Assembly: GCA_947259365.1 (NCBI GenBank)
Contig: CAMYMC010000008.1
Location: 45,804-109,803, forward strand
DNA length: 64,000 nt
Reading direction: 5' to 3'
Source of the DNA: an uncultured Acidimicrobiaceae bacterium
Lineage (GTDB): Bacteria > Actinomycetota > Acidimicrobiia > Spongiisociales > UBA5794
Shown here: positions 1-9,273 of the stretch, piece after piece
Layout: every line of letters begins with the position of its first letter
How positions within the stretch are numbered: position 1 is the stretch's first letter
The notes under the pieces: model-generated
Seen by the model: the letters and a program-made list of their open reading frames with translations, nothing else
Databases searched by the model: none
Told to the model about the DNA's origin: nothing
Program-made: the position numbers and the translations under genes

Positions 1-476
1 GAGATCGCGGCAACGTGGTCGACGATCGGGGTGGACGGCAGCCGTCCCTGCGCGACGAGGGAATCGAAGGCGTCGGCGAGTGCCACCCAGGCGCCGGTGA
101 TCGAAGCGGTCCGGGTACCGCCGTCGGCCTGGATCACGTCGCAGTCGACACGCGCCGTGAGCTCACCCATCGCCGTCATGTCGACGACGGCGCGCAGCGA
201 CCTGCCGATGAGCCGCTGGATCTCTTTCACCCTCCCCCCCCGAATCGCGGTCCGGGCGATGCGCTCCTTCCCCGCACCCGGGAGCATGGCGTACTCGGCG
301 GTGACCCAGCCCGCGCCCTTGTCCCGCATCCACGGGGGCACGTCGAAGTTGAACGAGACGGTGCACAGCACCCTCGTCTTGCCCATCTCCATGAGGACCG
401 AGCCCGGGGTCATCTCCGTGTAGCCGCGCACGATCGTGACGGGACGGAGCTCGTCGGGGCCTCGGTCGGTGCGCAT
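1..476 (-). CDS. rph: Ribonuclease PH (runs off window start)
   Basis: Manual translation from ATG at 476: [13 protein letters not shown]...[11 protein letters not shown]...[11 protein letters not shown]...[19 protein letters not shown], canonical RNase PH motifs. Not in the ORF track. Confidence 0.95.
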   Translation of the reverse strand, partial: MRTDRGPDELRPVTIVRGYTEMTPGSVLMEMGKTRVLCTVSFNFDVPPWMRDKGAGWVTAEYAMLPGAGKERIARTAIRGGRVKEIQRLIGRSLRAVVDMTAMGELTARVDCDVIQADGGTRTASITGAWVALADAFDSLVAQGRLPSTPIVDHVAAI

Positions 477-492
477 GTGGCTCTCCTCCGCC

Positions 493-1239
493 TCAGATCT
501 CGACCTGCATACCGGCGACCGCGACCACCGGTTCACGGCCGAACGCAGCAGCCGCCTCGGCGATGGCCGCCTCCGGATCCACGGTGGGCCGCAGGTGTGT
601 GAGGATGAGCCTGCCGGCGCCGGCCTCGGCGCCGGCCCGTCCCGCCTGCCCCGGCGTCATGTGACCGAACCAGGGAGCGTCGTCGGGAGCCAGCGAAGCC
701 TCGCAGAGGAGGACGTCGGCACCGGCGGCGAACACGGCGAGACCCGGGGACGGCCCGGTGTCGCCCGTGTAGACGAGCCGGCGCGAGTCACAGCTCACCG
801 CGCTGAAGACCGCCGGGACCGAGTGGGCGGCGTCGGCGAACTCGATGCCGACGTCGCCGACGGTGAAGCTCATCCCGTGACGCACCTCATGGAAGCGGAA
901 CCGCGTGAAGAAGCCGTTCTCCGGCTCCGCCTCGACGAATGCGGCAAGCCGCGCCTCCGATCCGACGGGGGCGTACACGGCGATCGGCCCCGGGGGCCGC
1001 GTCGGCCCGTATCCGACGTAGTGCATGAGGGCGAAGATGTCGCTGCAATGGTCCGGGTGAAGGTGGCTCAAGATGACGGCATCGAGCGCTGCCGGTTCCG
1101 TGACGGCCGCGAGCGCCTGGAACGTGCCCGGCCCGGCGTCCATCCAGATCGTCGTCTCCCCGGCGACGACGAGATAGCCGGAGCCGGGGTTCCCCGGGAC
1201 CGGGTACGTGCCGCTCGAGCCGAGGACGACGAGCTCCAT
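493..1239 (-). CDS. MBL-fold metallo-hydrolase (RNase Z/AtsA-like)
   Basis: LGSSG start, SHLHPDH motif, YTGDTG, HMT, THL; usual position upstream of rph; ATG overlaps the upstream TGA. Confidence 0.9.
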   Translation of the reverse strand: MELVVLGSSGTYPVPGNPGSGYLVVAGETTIWMDAGPGTFQALAAVTEPAALDAVILSHLHPDHCSDIFALMHYVGYGPTRPPGPIAVYAPVGSEARLAAFVEAEPENGFFTRFRFHEVRHGMSFTVGDVGIEFADAAHSVPAVFSAVSCDSRRLVYTGDTGPSPGLAVFAAGADVLLCEASLAPDDAPWFGHMTPGQAGRAGAEAGAGRLILTHLRPTVDPEAAIAEAAAAFGREPVVAVAGMQVEI

Positions 1240-1649
1240 CAACTCTCGCTCCAGGTGATCGTCCGCTCGGTGACGTCGCCGTGGCATATGTCGAACGCCC
1301 GGACCTCGGGTGCCGGCCCGGAGAGGCCGACCACGACGTACAACCATTGCGGGTCGAGCGCTCCGGCCACGTCCAGCACCGAGGGCTCCGCTGCGGTGGA
1401 CGGGTGCGAGTGGAACACGCCCATGATCTGCCAGCCACGCTGCTCGGCGTGGCGCATCGCCCGGAAGTGCTCGGTGGGGTCGACGGTGAACCGGGTGGGT
1501 GACCGGTCCCGATTGGTCAGGCAGTAGACCATGCGCACCGATCCCGAGGCCCCGGCCAGCAAACCGCAGGCCTCCTGGGGATGGGAGAACCGAGCGTGGG
1601 CGATCATCGCCTCACCGACCTGGGGTTCGAGGGCGACCGAAGCCGTCAC
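1239..1649 (-). CDS. M67/JAMM family metallopeptidase (Mec-like)
   Basis: EACGLL and FHSHP-x6-S-x2-D JAMM motif. Confidence 0.9.
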   Translation of the reverse strand: MTASVALEPQVGEAMIAHARFSHPQEACGLLAGASGSVRMVYCLTNRDRSPTRFTVDPTEHFRAMRHAEQRGWQIMGVFHSHPSTAAEPSVLDVAGALDPQWLYVVVGLSGPAPEVRAFDICHGDVTERTITWSES

Positions 1650-1864
1650 CCTCGCTCCTCGAGCACGACGGCAGCCCGGGCGGCGTCACCAGCGCGCACG
1701 ACGAGCCGCACCCGGTACTCGGCGAAGAACCCGGGGTTGAGCCCGCCCTCGTCGTCGGCTTGAACGATCGCGTCGAGTCCCTCCCCCACCAGCCTGGCGC
1801 GGGCGATCTCGGCATCGCCCCGGCTGAGATACGAGGCCACGGTGACGAGTGGGCTGTCGGTCAT
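1646..1864 (-). CDS. DUF2007-like small protein
   Basis: 72 aa, VTVASY...AEIARARLVGEG...VRLVV pattern; 4-nt overlap with next gene; TAGCCT -10 just upstream. Confidence 0.7.
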   Translation of the reverse strand: MTDSPLVTVASYLSRGDAEIARARLVGEGLDAIVQADDEGGLNPGFFAEYRVRLVVRAGDAARAAVVLEERG

Positions 1865-2043
1865 CGATCGCCGAGGCTACTCGGGCCGGGGCCGGCCGGC
1901 GAGAGTTCTCCTCGGTGCAGGCGGCCGTCCGATAACGTGGGCGCCGACGGCGTAGGAGGCACGGGCATGGCACGGACGCAGCAAGGGAACGGCCGGCCAG
2001 GCGGCGTCCGTCGTTGCGGGGTGGCGTCCCCCCCACGCCCGCC

Positions 2044-2859
2044 GTGAGCACCGGTCTCTCGCTGACGATCCACGGCGCCAGGGGCTCGATGGCCGTCGCC
2101 GGCGCCCGCTATCGCCGGTTCGGCGGCAACACGACGTGTTTCCACGTCCCGATCGCTGCCCGAGAACACCTCGTCATCGACGCCGGCACCGGCCTCCGCG
2201 GCGTGGAGCGGGCCCTGGGCGCCGGCCCGCACCGTTTCACCTTCCTGCTCACGCACTACCACTGGGACCACATCCAGGGCCTTCCGCTGTTCGCCCCTCT
2301 CCACGATCCGGACAGTGACATCACATTCATCGGGCCGCCAACCGACGAAGGAGGTGTTGGCGACGTCTTGCGCGGGGTCATCCGCCCTCCGTGGTTCCCG
2401 GTCGACCTCGCTTCGGTCGGCGCAACGACGACGTACGCAGACATCGAGACGTCGATGCGCTTCGGGCCGATCGACGTGCGCTCCGTCCCCCTGCATCACC
2501 CCCAGGGCTCGACCGGGTTCCGTCTCAGGGGCCCCCGCCGCGCCGTCGTGATCGCCACCGACCACGAGCACGGCGACCCCGCGAGCGACGCCGGGCTCGC
2601 ACGGGTGGCGCGGGGGGCCGACGTGCTGGTCCACGACGGCCAGTACACGGCTCCCGAGTACGAGGCCCGGGGCGGGTGGGGTCACAGCACGCCGGAAGGA
2701 GCGGTCGACGCCGCCCTCGCCGCGAGAGTGACCCGGCTCGTGCTCACCAGCCACGATCCCGACCACGGCGACGACGACGTCGAGGCGATGGTGGCCGCGG
2801 CGAGAGTCAGGTTCCCGCTCACGGCGGCCGCTCACGAAGGCATGACGATCGCGCTCTGA
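2044..2859 (+). CDS. MBL-fold metallo-hydrolase (phosphodiesterase-like)
   Basis: GARGS, GGNTTC, DAGTG, THYHWDHIQG, HPQG, TDHE, WGHS motifs; start GTG 2044 chosen. Confidence 0.88.
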   Translation: MSTGLSLTIHGARGSMAVAGARYRRFGGNTTCFHVPIAAREHLVIDAGTGLRGVERALGAGPHRFTFLLTHYHWDHIQGLPLFAPLHDPDSDITFIGPPTDEGGVGDVLRGVIRPPWFPVDLASVGATTTYADIETSMRFGPIDVRSVPLHHPQGSTGFRLRGPRRAVVIATDHEHGDPASDAGLARVARGADVLVHDGQYTAPEYEARGGWGHSTPEGAVDAALAARVTRLVLTSHDPDHGDDDVEAMVAAARVRFPLTAAAHEGMTIAL

Positions 2860-2866
2860 GGGGGGG

Positions 2867-4090
2867 TCACTCCACGGGATCGCGAACCAGCGGCTGGGTC
2901 ATGCACCGGCTTCCGCCGCGGCCCCGGCACAGCTCGGAGGCGTCGAGCTCGAGCACCTCGATGCCGGCGCGGCGGAGGCGGCGATTCGTCTCCTGGTTCC
3001 GCTCGTAGGCGACGACGACGCCCGGCTCGAGCGCCAGGGTGTTGTTGCCGTCGTCCCACTGCTCCCGGAGCCGTCCGATGGCGTCGCCTCCGGTGGGGAC
3101 GAAGTGGATCCCGTCCCGCCCGAGGGCGTCGGCGATCGCGGCTTCGAGGCCCGGGGATGGACGGACGGCCAGTCCACCGTCCCCGGCGGGGGTGATGACG
3201 TGAACGTCGACATCGTCGAGGAAGCCGGGGAACACGTTGAAACAGGCGCGATCCACCATCGTCAGCACGGTGTCGAGGTGCATCTGAGATCGGGCGTGGC
3301 GGAGGTGCACGACGATGACCCGGTCCACGGATCCGACGGCGAAGAGGCGCCTGGCGAGGATCTCGACGGCGGAGGGCGCGGTGCGCTCCCCGAGGCCCAC
3401 CATGAGGGTCCGCTCGTCGAGCACGAGCGCGTCGCCTCCTTCGATGCTCGCCGGGTACGCGTCCCCCTCGCCCGCCCCGAACCAGATGGGAAACCCGGCT
3501 GAGGCGAACGCATCGTGGTGGCGGTAGATCGTCTCCATGTACAGCGATTCGCGTGCCCGCGCCGGGGTGGCGAGGACGTTGATCGACAGGCCATCGTTGA
3601 TCCAGGCGGCGTTGTCCCGCATGAAGAGGAGGTTCGGCAACGGCCGGAGGACGTAGTGGAACCGATCGGCCTGGAGGTCGGCGAAGAGCGGATCGACGCC
3701 GAAGCGCTCGAGCTCGCGCTCGAGCAGCCCGCCCACGAGGACTTCGACGACGTCGGCGACGGGGACCTCGCCGAGCGCGGCGCCGAGCTGCTCCGAGACC
3801 CGGGGCCCGCACTGGGCCGGGCTGAACACCCGGGCGATGCACTCGGCACGCACCACGTCGTCGGCGAGGACCTCGGCGAGCAGCGTCTCGAAGTACAGGA
3901 CCTCGACGCCGCGCTCCTCCATCATGCCGACGAACGCGTCGTGCTCCTCCTGAGCCCGCTCGAGCCAGAGAAGGTCGTCGAAGAGGAGCGCGTCCTTGTT
4001 GTCCGGGGTGATCCGGGCGATCTCGGTCCCGGGCCGGTGGACCAGCACGGCGCGAAGCCTCCCGATCTCGCTGGAGACCCGGTACGTCAA
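2867..4090 (-). CDS. arcA: Arginine deiminase
   Basis: SEIGRLRAVLVHRPG, LLFDD, FMRD, IEGGD, MHLDT, EQWDDGNN, GRGGSRCMT; likely TTG start at 4090 overlapping the upstream stop. Confidence 0.93.
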   Translation of the reverse strand: MTYRVSSEIGRLRAVLVHRPGTEIARITPDNKDALLFDDLLWLERAQEEHDAFVGMMEERGVEVLYFETLLAEVLADDVVRAECIARVFSPAQCGPRVSEQLGAALGEVPVADVVEVLVGGLLERELERFGVDPLFADLQADRFHYVLRPLPNLLFMRDNAAWINDGLSINVLATPARARESLYMETIYRHHDAFASAGFPIWFGAGEGDAYPASIEGGDALVLDERTLMVGLGERTAPSAVEILARRLFAVGSVDRVIVVHLRHARSQMHLDTVLTMVDRACFNVFPGFLDDVDVHVITPAGDGGLAVRPSPGLEAAIADALGRDGIHFVPTGGDAIGRLREQWDDGNNTLALEPGVVVAYERNQETNRRLRRAGIEVLELDASELCRGRGGSRCMTQPLVRDPVE

Positions 4091-4857
4091 CCCGTCACGT
4101 CCGCGGCGACGCGGCGCAGCCGATGAACGAGTTCGACATCGCCTTCCACGGACAGCCGATCGAGCGGCCCCCGACCCCACAGATACAGCAGCACGTCCGA
4201 GGCGCCCCCGGTCAGGCGCGTACCGGGCTCGACCGCCTCGGTGAGCTCGAAACTCGGTTCAGCGGTGTAGCCGGCGCCACCGGCGGACGTGCCGGACCAG
4301 GTGATCTCTCGCAGCGTCCAGCGCGCCGGAACGTCAGTCGTGACGACGGCCAAGGCGCCCCGGCCGCGGTCAATGGTCGCCCACGGTGGCGCTCCGTCGA
4401 TCATGACCGCAAGGATCTCGTCGACACCGTCTACGGCGAGTTCAGGATCGACGGGCGCGGGCCGGCCGTGGGCGAGCTCGGCATCGACGCGATGGATCGC
4501 CGTCTCGTGTGCCATGCGCCGGTACCAGAACCCGACGGAGCGGTCTGCGGGGAACCAGGTCCACACCGGTGTTGTCGGGTCGGCCTCTCCGAGGGTTGCG
4601 ACGAGGCGGGATGCGCCCTCCTCGAACCAGGACACCAGGCCCGCATCCGGGGCCGCCGCGGGAGCAGGTGGGCGGTCCTCGATCCGCTCCCGCACGATGC
4701 GCTCCTTCTCGCGGTGCACGACGCCGGTGTGGGCAACGAGGTCGGCGACCGTCCACCCAGGACACGAGGGCACGGCGGCGTCGAGACCCAGCGCAGCCGC
4801 CGCACCGAGCGCGGCCGCGTCGGTGCGGATCGCGTCGAGATACCTCGCTGGTTCCAC
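4087..4857 (-). CDS. Maleylpyruvate isomerase family mycothiol-dependent enzyme (MDMPI)
   Basis: VPSCPGWTVADLVAH, RRMAHETAIHRVD, DGVDE, LWGR motifs. Confidence 0.9.
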   Translation of the reverse strand: MEPARYLDAIRTDAAALGAAAALGLDAAVPSCPGWTVADLVAHTGVVHREKERIVRERIEDRPPAPAAAPDAGLVSWFEEGASRLVATLGEADPTTPVWTWFPADRSVGFWYRRMAHETAIHRVDAELAHGRPAPVDPELAVDGVDEILAVMIDGAPPWATIDRGRGALAVVTTDVPARWTLREITWSGTSAGGAGYTAEPSFELTEAVEPGTRLTGGASDVLLYLWGRGPLDRLSVEGDVELVHRLRRVAADVTG

Positions 4858-4899
4858 CGGGCGACCCTACCGGAACCGGAGGTCGCCGGGATCCCGGAC

Positions 4900-5126
4900 G
4901 CGAAAGACCCGGAGATACTTCGGCGAAAGCCGCCGCCGCGAGAGGACCTGCTCGCGGATCTCCGGGTCTCGGTGGTCCGAGTTGGAGTCGCTACCTGACT
5001 CGCCGGGTGGCGAGGAGCAGCCTGACTCCTCGAATGTCGTTCAAGAACGGCCGCTCAGCGCTCGGCCACCTCCGGGGTCCTCGAAGAACTGTCATACATT
5101 GCTTGGACCACCTCCTTTCACCGGTA
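4900..5126 (-). ncRNA. Candidate structured small RNA containing a 14-codon ORF
   Basis: Extended -10 TGG-CAGAAT (5140-5132); long-range stem 5112-5105/4978-4971; 13-bp closing stem 4970-4958/4916-4904 enclosing two hairpins. Ends are approximate. Confidence 0.55.
5055..5099 (-). CDS. Candidate short peptide MYDSSSRTPEVAER
   Basis: ATG 11 nt downstream of GGAGG within GAAAGGAGGTGGTCCA; stop TGA at 5057-5055. Confidence 0.45.
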   Translation of the reverse strand: MYDSSSRTPEVAER

Positions 5127-5230
5127 ACGGGATTCTGCCACAACTCCACCCCGTCGGTCGCGAAATCGCGCCGCCCCGATCCGGCCTCCGGCGGAGCCCG
5201 GCAGGCCGCGGTCTGGTTGAATCGCACCCC

Positions 5231-5719
5231 ATGGACGAGATCGAGCGACGGGTCGTCGCCGCACTCGACGCGACGGGAGCCGCCTACGAGCTCATCGAGT
5301 GCGACCCCGACCTCGCCGACACAGCCGCGTTCTGCGCCCACTACGGGTACCCCGAGTCGCAGTCGGCGAACACGATCGTCGTCGCATCGCGCAAACCCGA
5401 GGGCCACAACGCCGCCTGCGTCGTGCTGGCGACGACCCGGCTCGACGTCAACAAGCGGGTCCGCACCAGGCTCGGCGTTCGCAAGGTGTCCTTCGCCTCG
5501 CCGGAGATGAGCGCCGAGCTCACCGGCATGCTCATGGGGGGCGTCACCGCATTCGGGTTGCCGGCCGACCTCCCCCTGTGGGTCGACGCCAGGGTCATGG
5601 AGCCGGATTGGATCATCCTCGGCGGTGGAAGCAGGTCGCTGAAACTCAAGCTCGACCCCGAGGCGCTGCTCACCGTGGGCGGCGAAGTCGTCGAAGATCT
5701 CGCCGTCCCACTCGCATGA
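5231..5719 (+). CDS. YbaK/ProXp aminoacyl-tRNA deacylase family protein
   Basis: ADTAAFC, SANTIVV, SFAS, TGM-x2-GGVT-x-FG, GGGSR motifs. Confidence 0.88.
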   Translation: MDEIERRVVAALDATGAAYELIECDPDLADTAAFCAHYGYPESQSANTIVVASRKPEGHNAACVVLATTRLDVNKRVRTRLGVRKVSFASPEMSAELTGMLMGGVTAFGLPADLPLWVDARVMEPDWIILGGGSRSLKLKLDPEALLTVGGEVVEDLAVPLA

Positions 5720-5779
5720 GCACGGTCGTGACCCGTCGCAGCGAGCCGGTTGGCGGGCGGTGTCGCAGGTGACGTGCCG

Positions 5780-6583
5780 ATGACGTCCGAGTTCGACCGG
5801 GACACCGCTCTCGAGCGCACCGGGTCGGGCACGTGGCACGGCGAGATCGCCGACGGCTGGGATGTTTCCGGTACTCCGAACGGCGGGTACGTGATGTCCC
5901 TCATGCTGGCCGGGATGCTCGCCGAGGTCCCTCAGCCGGATCCTCTCACGACGACGGCACACTTCCTCGCCCGTCCGCACCCCGGTCCCATCGGGCTCCA
6001 CACCCAGGTGGCCAAGCTCGGGCGGCGTTACTCGACGGTGCGTGGCGACCTCCTCCAGGCCGACCGCATCGTCGCCACGGCTCTCGTCATGGCCGCCGAC
6101 CTCGGCGACGCCGGCGATGAGGTCATGGTCGACATCCCGCCGCCCGAGTTCCCCCCGCCGGGCGAATGCCCGCGCGGCACGAGGACCGGTGTCTCCGCCG
6201 CCGTGGCCGTCCTCGACAGGGCCGAGATCCGGATCGCTCCCCACCTCGCCGGGTTTGCCCTCGGATCGCCCACCGGAGAGGCCGTTGTCGGCGGGTGGAT
6301 CCGCTTTGGAGACGGCCGCCCCATCGACTCGCGATCGCTGACGTTCTTCGCGGACGCCTTCGCCCCGCCCGTCCTCAACCTGGGAATGGCGTTTGCGTGG
6401 GTGCCGACGCTCGAGCTGACCGTCCACGTCCGCCGGCGACCGGACACCGAATGGCTGGCGGCGCGGTTCTCTTCACACGTCCTCAGCCACGGGCACCTCG
6501 AGGAGGACGGCGTCATCTGGGACGAAGACGGGAACGTGCTCGCCCACTCCCGCCAGATCTCGATCCTCCCCGATCCCGGCTGA
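5780..6583 (+). CDS. Thioesterase family protein (double hotdog, TesB-like)
   Basis: W-x4-PNGGY, FFADAF, VPTLELTVH, EEDG-x-IWD, SRQ motifs. Confidence 0.9.
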   Translation: MTSEFDRDTALERTGSGTWHGEIADGWDVSGTPNGGYVMSLMLAGMLAEVPQPDPLTTTAHFLARPHPGPIGLHTQVAKLGRRYSTVRGDLLQADRIVATALVMAADLGDAGDEVMVDIPPPEFPPPGECPRGTRTGVSAAVAVLDRAEIRIAPHLAGFALGSPTGEAVVGGWIRFGDGRPIDSRSLTFFADAFAPPVLNLGMAFAWVPTLELTVHVRRRPDTEWLAARFSSHVLSHGHLEEDGVIWDEDGNVLAHSRQISILPDPG

Positions 6584-6627
6584 CGGTCCTGGCAGGCTCA
6601 CTGCACCACGAACGAGTGCACCACCAA

Positions 6628-6655
6628 CAACGCCCCGCCGGACGGCGGGGCGTTG
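6628..6655. terminator. GC-rich hairpin between convergent thioesterase and ssrA
   Basis: Inverted repeat CAACGCCCCGCCG-GA-CGGCGGGGCGTTG just downstream of the tmRNA 3' end. Confidence 0.75.
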
Positions 6656-6660
6656 CGAAG

Positions 6661-7010
6661 TGGAGGTGCGGGGACTCGAACCCCGGTCCCGCGAGGCTTC
6701 AGCGACGGCATCTCCGAGCGCAGTCAACAGCTGAGTGTCAGGCCGTGAGTCGCTGCTGACCCTCTCCTCTCGGCCTTATCCGGAGAAGATCTTGACCGGG
6801 GTCTCCGGCGACCCCCCGGTTGCATCCTGTATTGCGTTGCCCCGGTCCGGCGAGACAGGAACCCCCCGGTGGGACAGGCCGCTATTGGTTAGGCGGCCAG
6901 TGCCATATCGTTGTCGGCACGTATGTGTTTCCCGGCTCTTTAACGAGGACTCCGGGGACCTCGGCTCGCTTCCGACGCCTCAACCCTCACGGTCGAAACC
7001 GATCACCCCC
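6661..7010 (-). ncRNA. ssrA: tmRNA; tag (A)ADNDMALAA* at 6918-6889
   Basis: 5' GGGGGUGAUCGGUUUCGAC; 3' GGGGUUCGAGUCCCCGCACCUCCA with T-arm and encoded CCA; tag ORF ending LAA*; smpB nearby. Confidence 0.97.
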
Positions 7011-7180
7011 TTGCGGGCAAGTACATGTATACCCGCCGAACGATACCAAAGGGTCGGGGTGGGCTCACCGAAAGTCGCGAAACCTGTTGCTATCGGGAGC
7101 ACACCACGGCTACGCTCGAGCCCCTATTCGTGGCGGAGTAGAAGGCACACGGCTCTTCTCGAGGGGCGGAAGAGCATTGG

Positions 7181-8317
7181 ATGGGAGGCATCCAGGTGCA
7201 CGTGCGTCGCCCCCGGGCTTACTACGCCGCCGGACTCTTCAACGAGGCCGAACGGTCGTTCAATCTTCGCGTCAAGGCCATGCTCGACGACCTGGGCTAC
7301 GAGACGTGGTTCCCCCAGGAGGACGCCGGGTTCCTCGAGGACTACATGGACCAGGGGATGACCCTGGCCCAGGCGCGTCACGAGATCTTCCGGATGAACC
7401 GCGATGCGGTCCGCCGCGCCGACGTGCTCATCTTCAACCTCGACGGGCGCGTGCCCGACGAGGGCGCCTGCGTCGAAGCCGGCATCGCCTACGGCAGCGG
7501 GATCCGCTGCATCGGTCTCCAGACCGACTTCAGGGCCGTCGAGCCGGGCGGGAACAACCTCATGCTGGACGGCATCCTGAACTACGAACTCGCCAACGAC
7601 ATCGACGCCCTCCGCGACATGCTCGACGCGATCCGGGTCGAGATCGATCTCACCACCGACGAGCCCCTGGTCACGATCGAGGACCGGGCCCGGCCGTACG
7701 TCGTCGTCGCCGGCCCGCTCGGCGTCGGCAAGACCGCCCTCATCGAGCTGCTCGCGGCCCATGGAGACTGGGACGTACTCGGTGAGCCGGTCGACGAGAA
7801 CCCGTACCTCGGGGACGTGTACACGAACCTGACCGACCTCGGCTACCGGATGCAGACCTATTACCTCGGTCGGAGGGCGGCGCAGCACCTCGCCGCGGCG
7901 CGCCGGACCCGGCCGACGCTCCAAGAGCGGAGCATCCTCGAGGACGCCCTCGTCTTCTTCCCGGCCTACCGGGACGCCGGCGCCTACGACGACAACGATC
8001 TCGCGACGCTCATGTCGCTCTACGACGCCGCCCGGGCGGCACTGCCGCTCCCGGACCTCATCGTCGCCGTCACCGCCCCGTTCGACACATGCGTGATGCG
8101 CATCAAGGAGCGGGACCGGGTCGCCGAGCGCGAAATCGATCAGGGCTGGCTGCGCACTGTCTACGATCGCTACGAGCGCTGGCTGGCCGCACCGACGGAG
8201 ATCCCGATGGTGACCATCGATTCCGAGCTTCTCGACTACGTCAACCACCCCGAGGACCGCGCCGCGGCCGTCGGCATCGTGCGGCGTGCTCTGGAGAACG
8301 CCGGCGCCGTCGTGTGA
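7181..8317 (+). CDS. Fusion of nucleoside 2'-deoxyribosyltransferase-like domain and deoxynucleoside kinase
   Basis: N-terminal YYAAGLF, FPQE, DEGACVEAG, NLM; C-terminal GPLGVGKT, EPVDENPYL, ERSILED, PDL, RIKERDR. Confidence 0.85.
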   Translation: MGGIQVHVRRPRAYYAAGLFNEAERSFNLRVKAMLDDLGYETWFPQEDAGFLEDYMDQGMTLAQARHEIFRMNRDAVRRADVLIFNLDGRVPDEGACVEAGIAYGSGIRCIGLQTDFRAVEPGGNNLMLDGILNYELANDIDALRDMLDAIRVEIDLTTDEPLVTIEDRARPYVVVAGPLGVGKTALIELLAAHGDWDVLGEPVDENPYLGDVYTNLTDLGYRMQTYYLGRRAAQHLAAARRTRPTLQERSILEDALVFFPAYRDAGAYDDNDLATLMSLYDAARAALPLPDLIVAVTAPFDTCVMRIKERDRVAEREIDQGWLRTVYDRYERWLAAPTEIPMVTIDSELLDYVNHPEDRAAAVGIVRRALENAGAVV

Positions 8318-9267
8318 CCGGGCGCCGCGTCGCCGGCCCATCACCCACCACGGCAGTAGCCGTGTCGCTTGCGATCCTCGCCTCGTTTCTGTGGGCGACG
8401 TCGTTCATCTACATCAAGATCGGACTCGAGGACATCCCGCCGCTCACGTTCGCGGCGCTCCGGTACCTCATCGGCGCGGTGACGCTTGCCATGTTCCGGA
8501 TGAGCCGGCCGCCTGCACCATGGAAGCTCGACCGTGACACGTCGATCCTGCTCGTCGTGCTCGGGCTCGTCCTCTACGCCCTCATTCCCGCCTTCATGTT
8601 CCTCGGGCTCGACCGGGCCGAGGCGGTCACGTTCAACTTCGTGTTCCAGGCCGGGATCCCGCTCGTTCTCGCCCTGAGCGCGGGCATGATCCTGCGCGAA
8701 CCGACATCGTGGTGGGAATGGGGTGGCGTCGGCGTCGTCATCGCCGGCATGTATGTGTTCTTCCCCGCCCTGCCCGCCGGGGACGAAGCCGCCGGAGTCA
8801 TGCTCGCCGCCGGCGCGGCCATCGCCATCGGCGGGTCGAACCTCATCCAGAGGGCGATCATGCGGACCCAGACGATCTCGAGCCTCGACGCCACGATGAT
8901 CCCCATGGCGCTCGGCTCGGCGACGCTGCTCGTCATCGCCCTCATCGTCGAGGACTTCCCGGCTCTCGACGGCTCTGCGCTCTCGCTGCTCCTCGTGCTC
9001 GGCGTCGTCAACACGGCGTTTGCCTTCACGATCTGGCACCAGGCGATGCGCACCCTCAACGCGCTCCATGCCGGCGTCATCGCCTCGGCGCAGATCGTCG
9101 AGGTCGCCGTCATGGCGTGGTGGTTCCTCGGGGAGAGCCTGACCGCCGGTCGCGTCGTCGGCTCCGTCCTCGTCCTCGCCGGGATCACCGTCGTCCACGT
9201 CTCGAAGGCGAACGCCGCGAGGCGAGCCGCTCCGGTCCCTCCCGAGCCGGCAACCATCGCACCCTGA
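8314..9267 (+). CDS. DMT/EamA family transporter
   Basis: About 10 hydrophobic helices; LWATSF, PPLTFAALRY, LGE motifs; GTG start overlaps upstream TGA (GTGA). Confidence 0.9.
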   Translation: MTGRRVAGPSPTTAVAVSLAILASFLWATSFIYIKIGLEDIPPLTFAALRYLIGAVTLAMFRMSRPPAPWKLDRDTSILLVVLGLVLYALIPAFMFLGLDRAEAVTFNFVFQAGIPLVLALSAGMILREPTSWWEWGGVGVVIAGMYVFFPALPAGDEAAGVMLAAGAAIAIGGSNLIQRAIMRTQTISSLDATMIPMALGSATLLVIALIVEDFPALDGSALSLLLVLGVVNTAFAFTIWHQAMRTLNALHAGVIASAQIVEVAVMAWWFLGESLTAGRVVGSVLVLAGITVVHVSKANAARRAAPVPPEPATIAP

Positions 9268-9273
9268 GGTCGC

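Noticed and set aside
5101-5120. Plus-strand match to the 16S rRNA 3' end as an rRNA fragment
   Set aside because: Similarity is limited to about 16-19 nt with no upstream helix 45 sequence; better read as a minus-strand extended SD.
6661-6700. tRNA gene or prophage att site
   Set aside because: It is the tRNA-like 3' end of tmRNA; no duplicate of this end and no integrase seen in the window.
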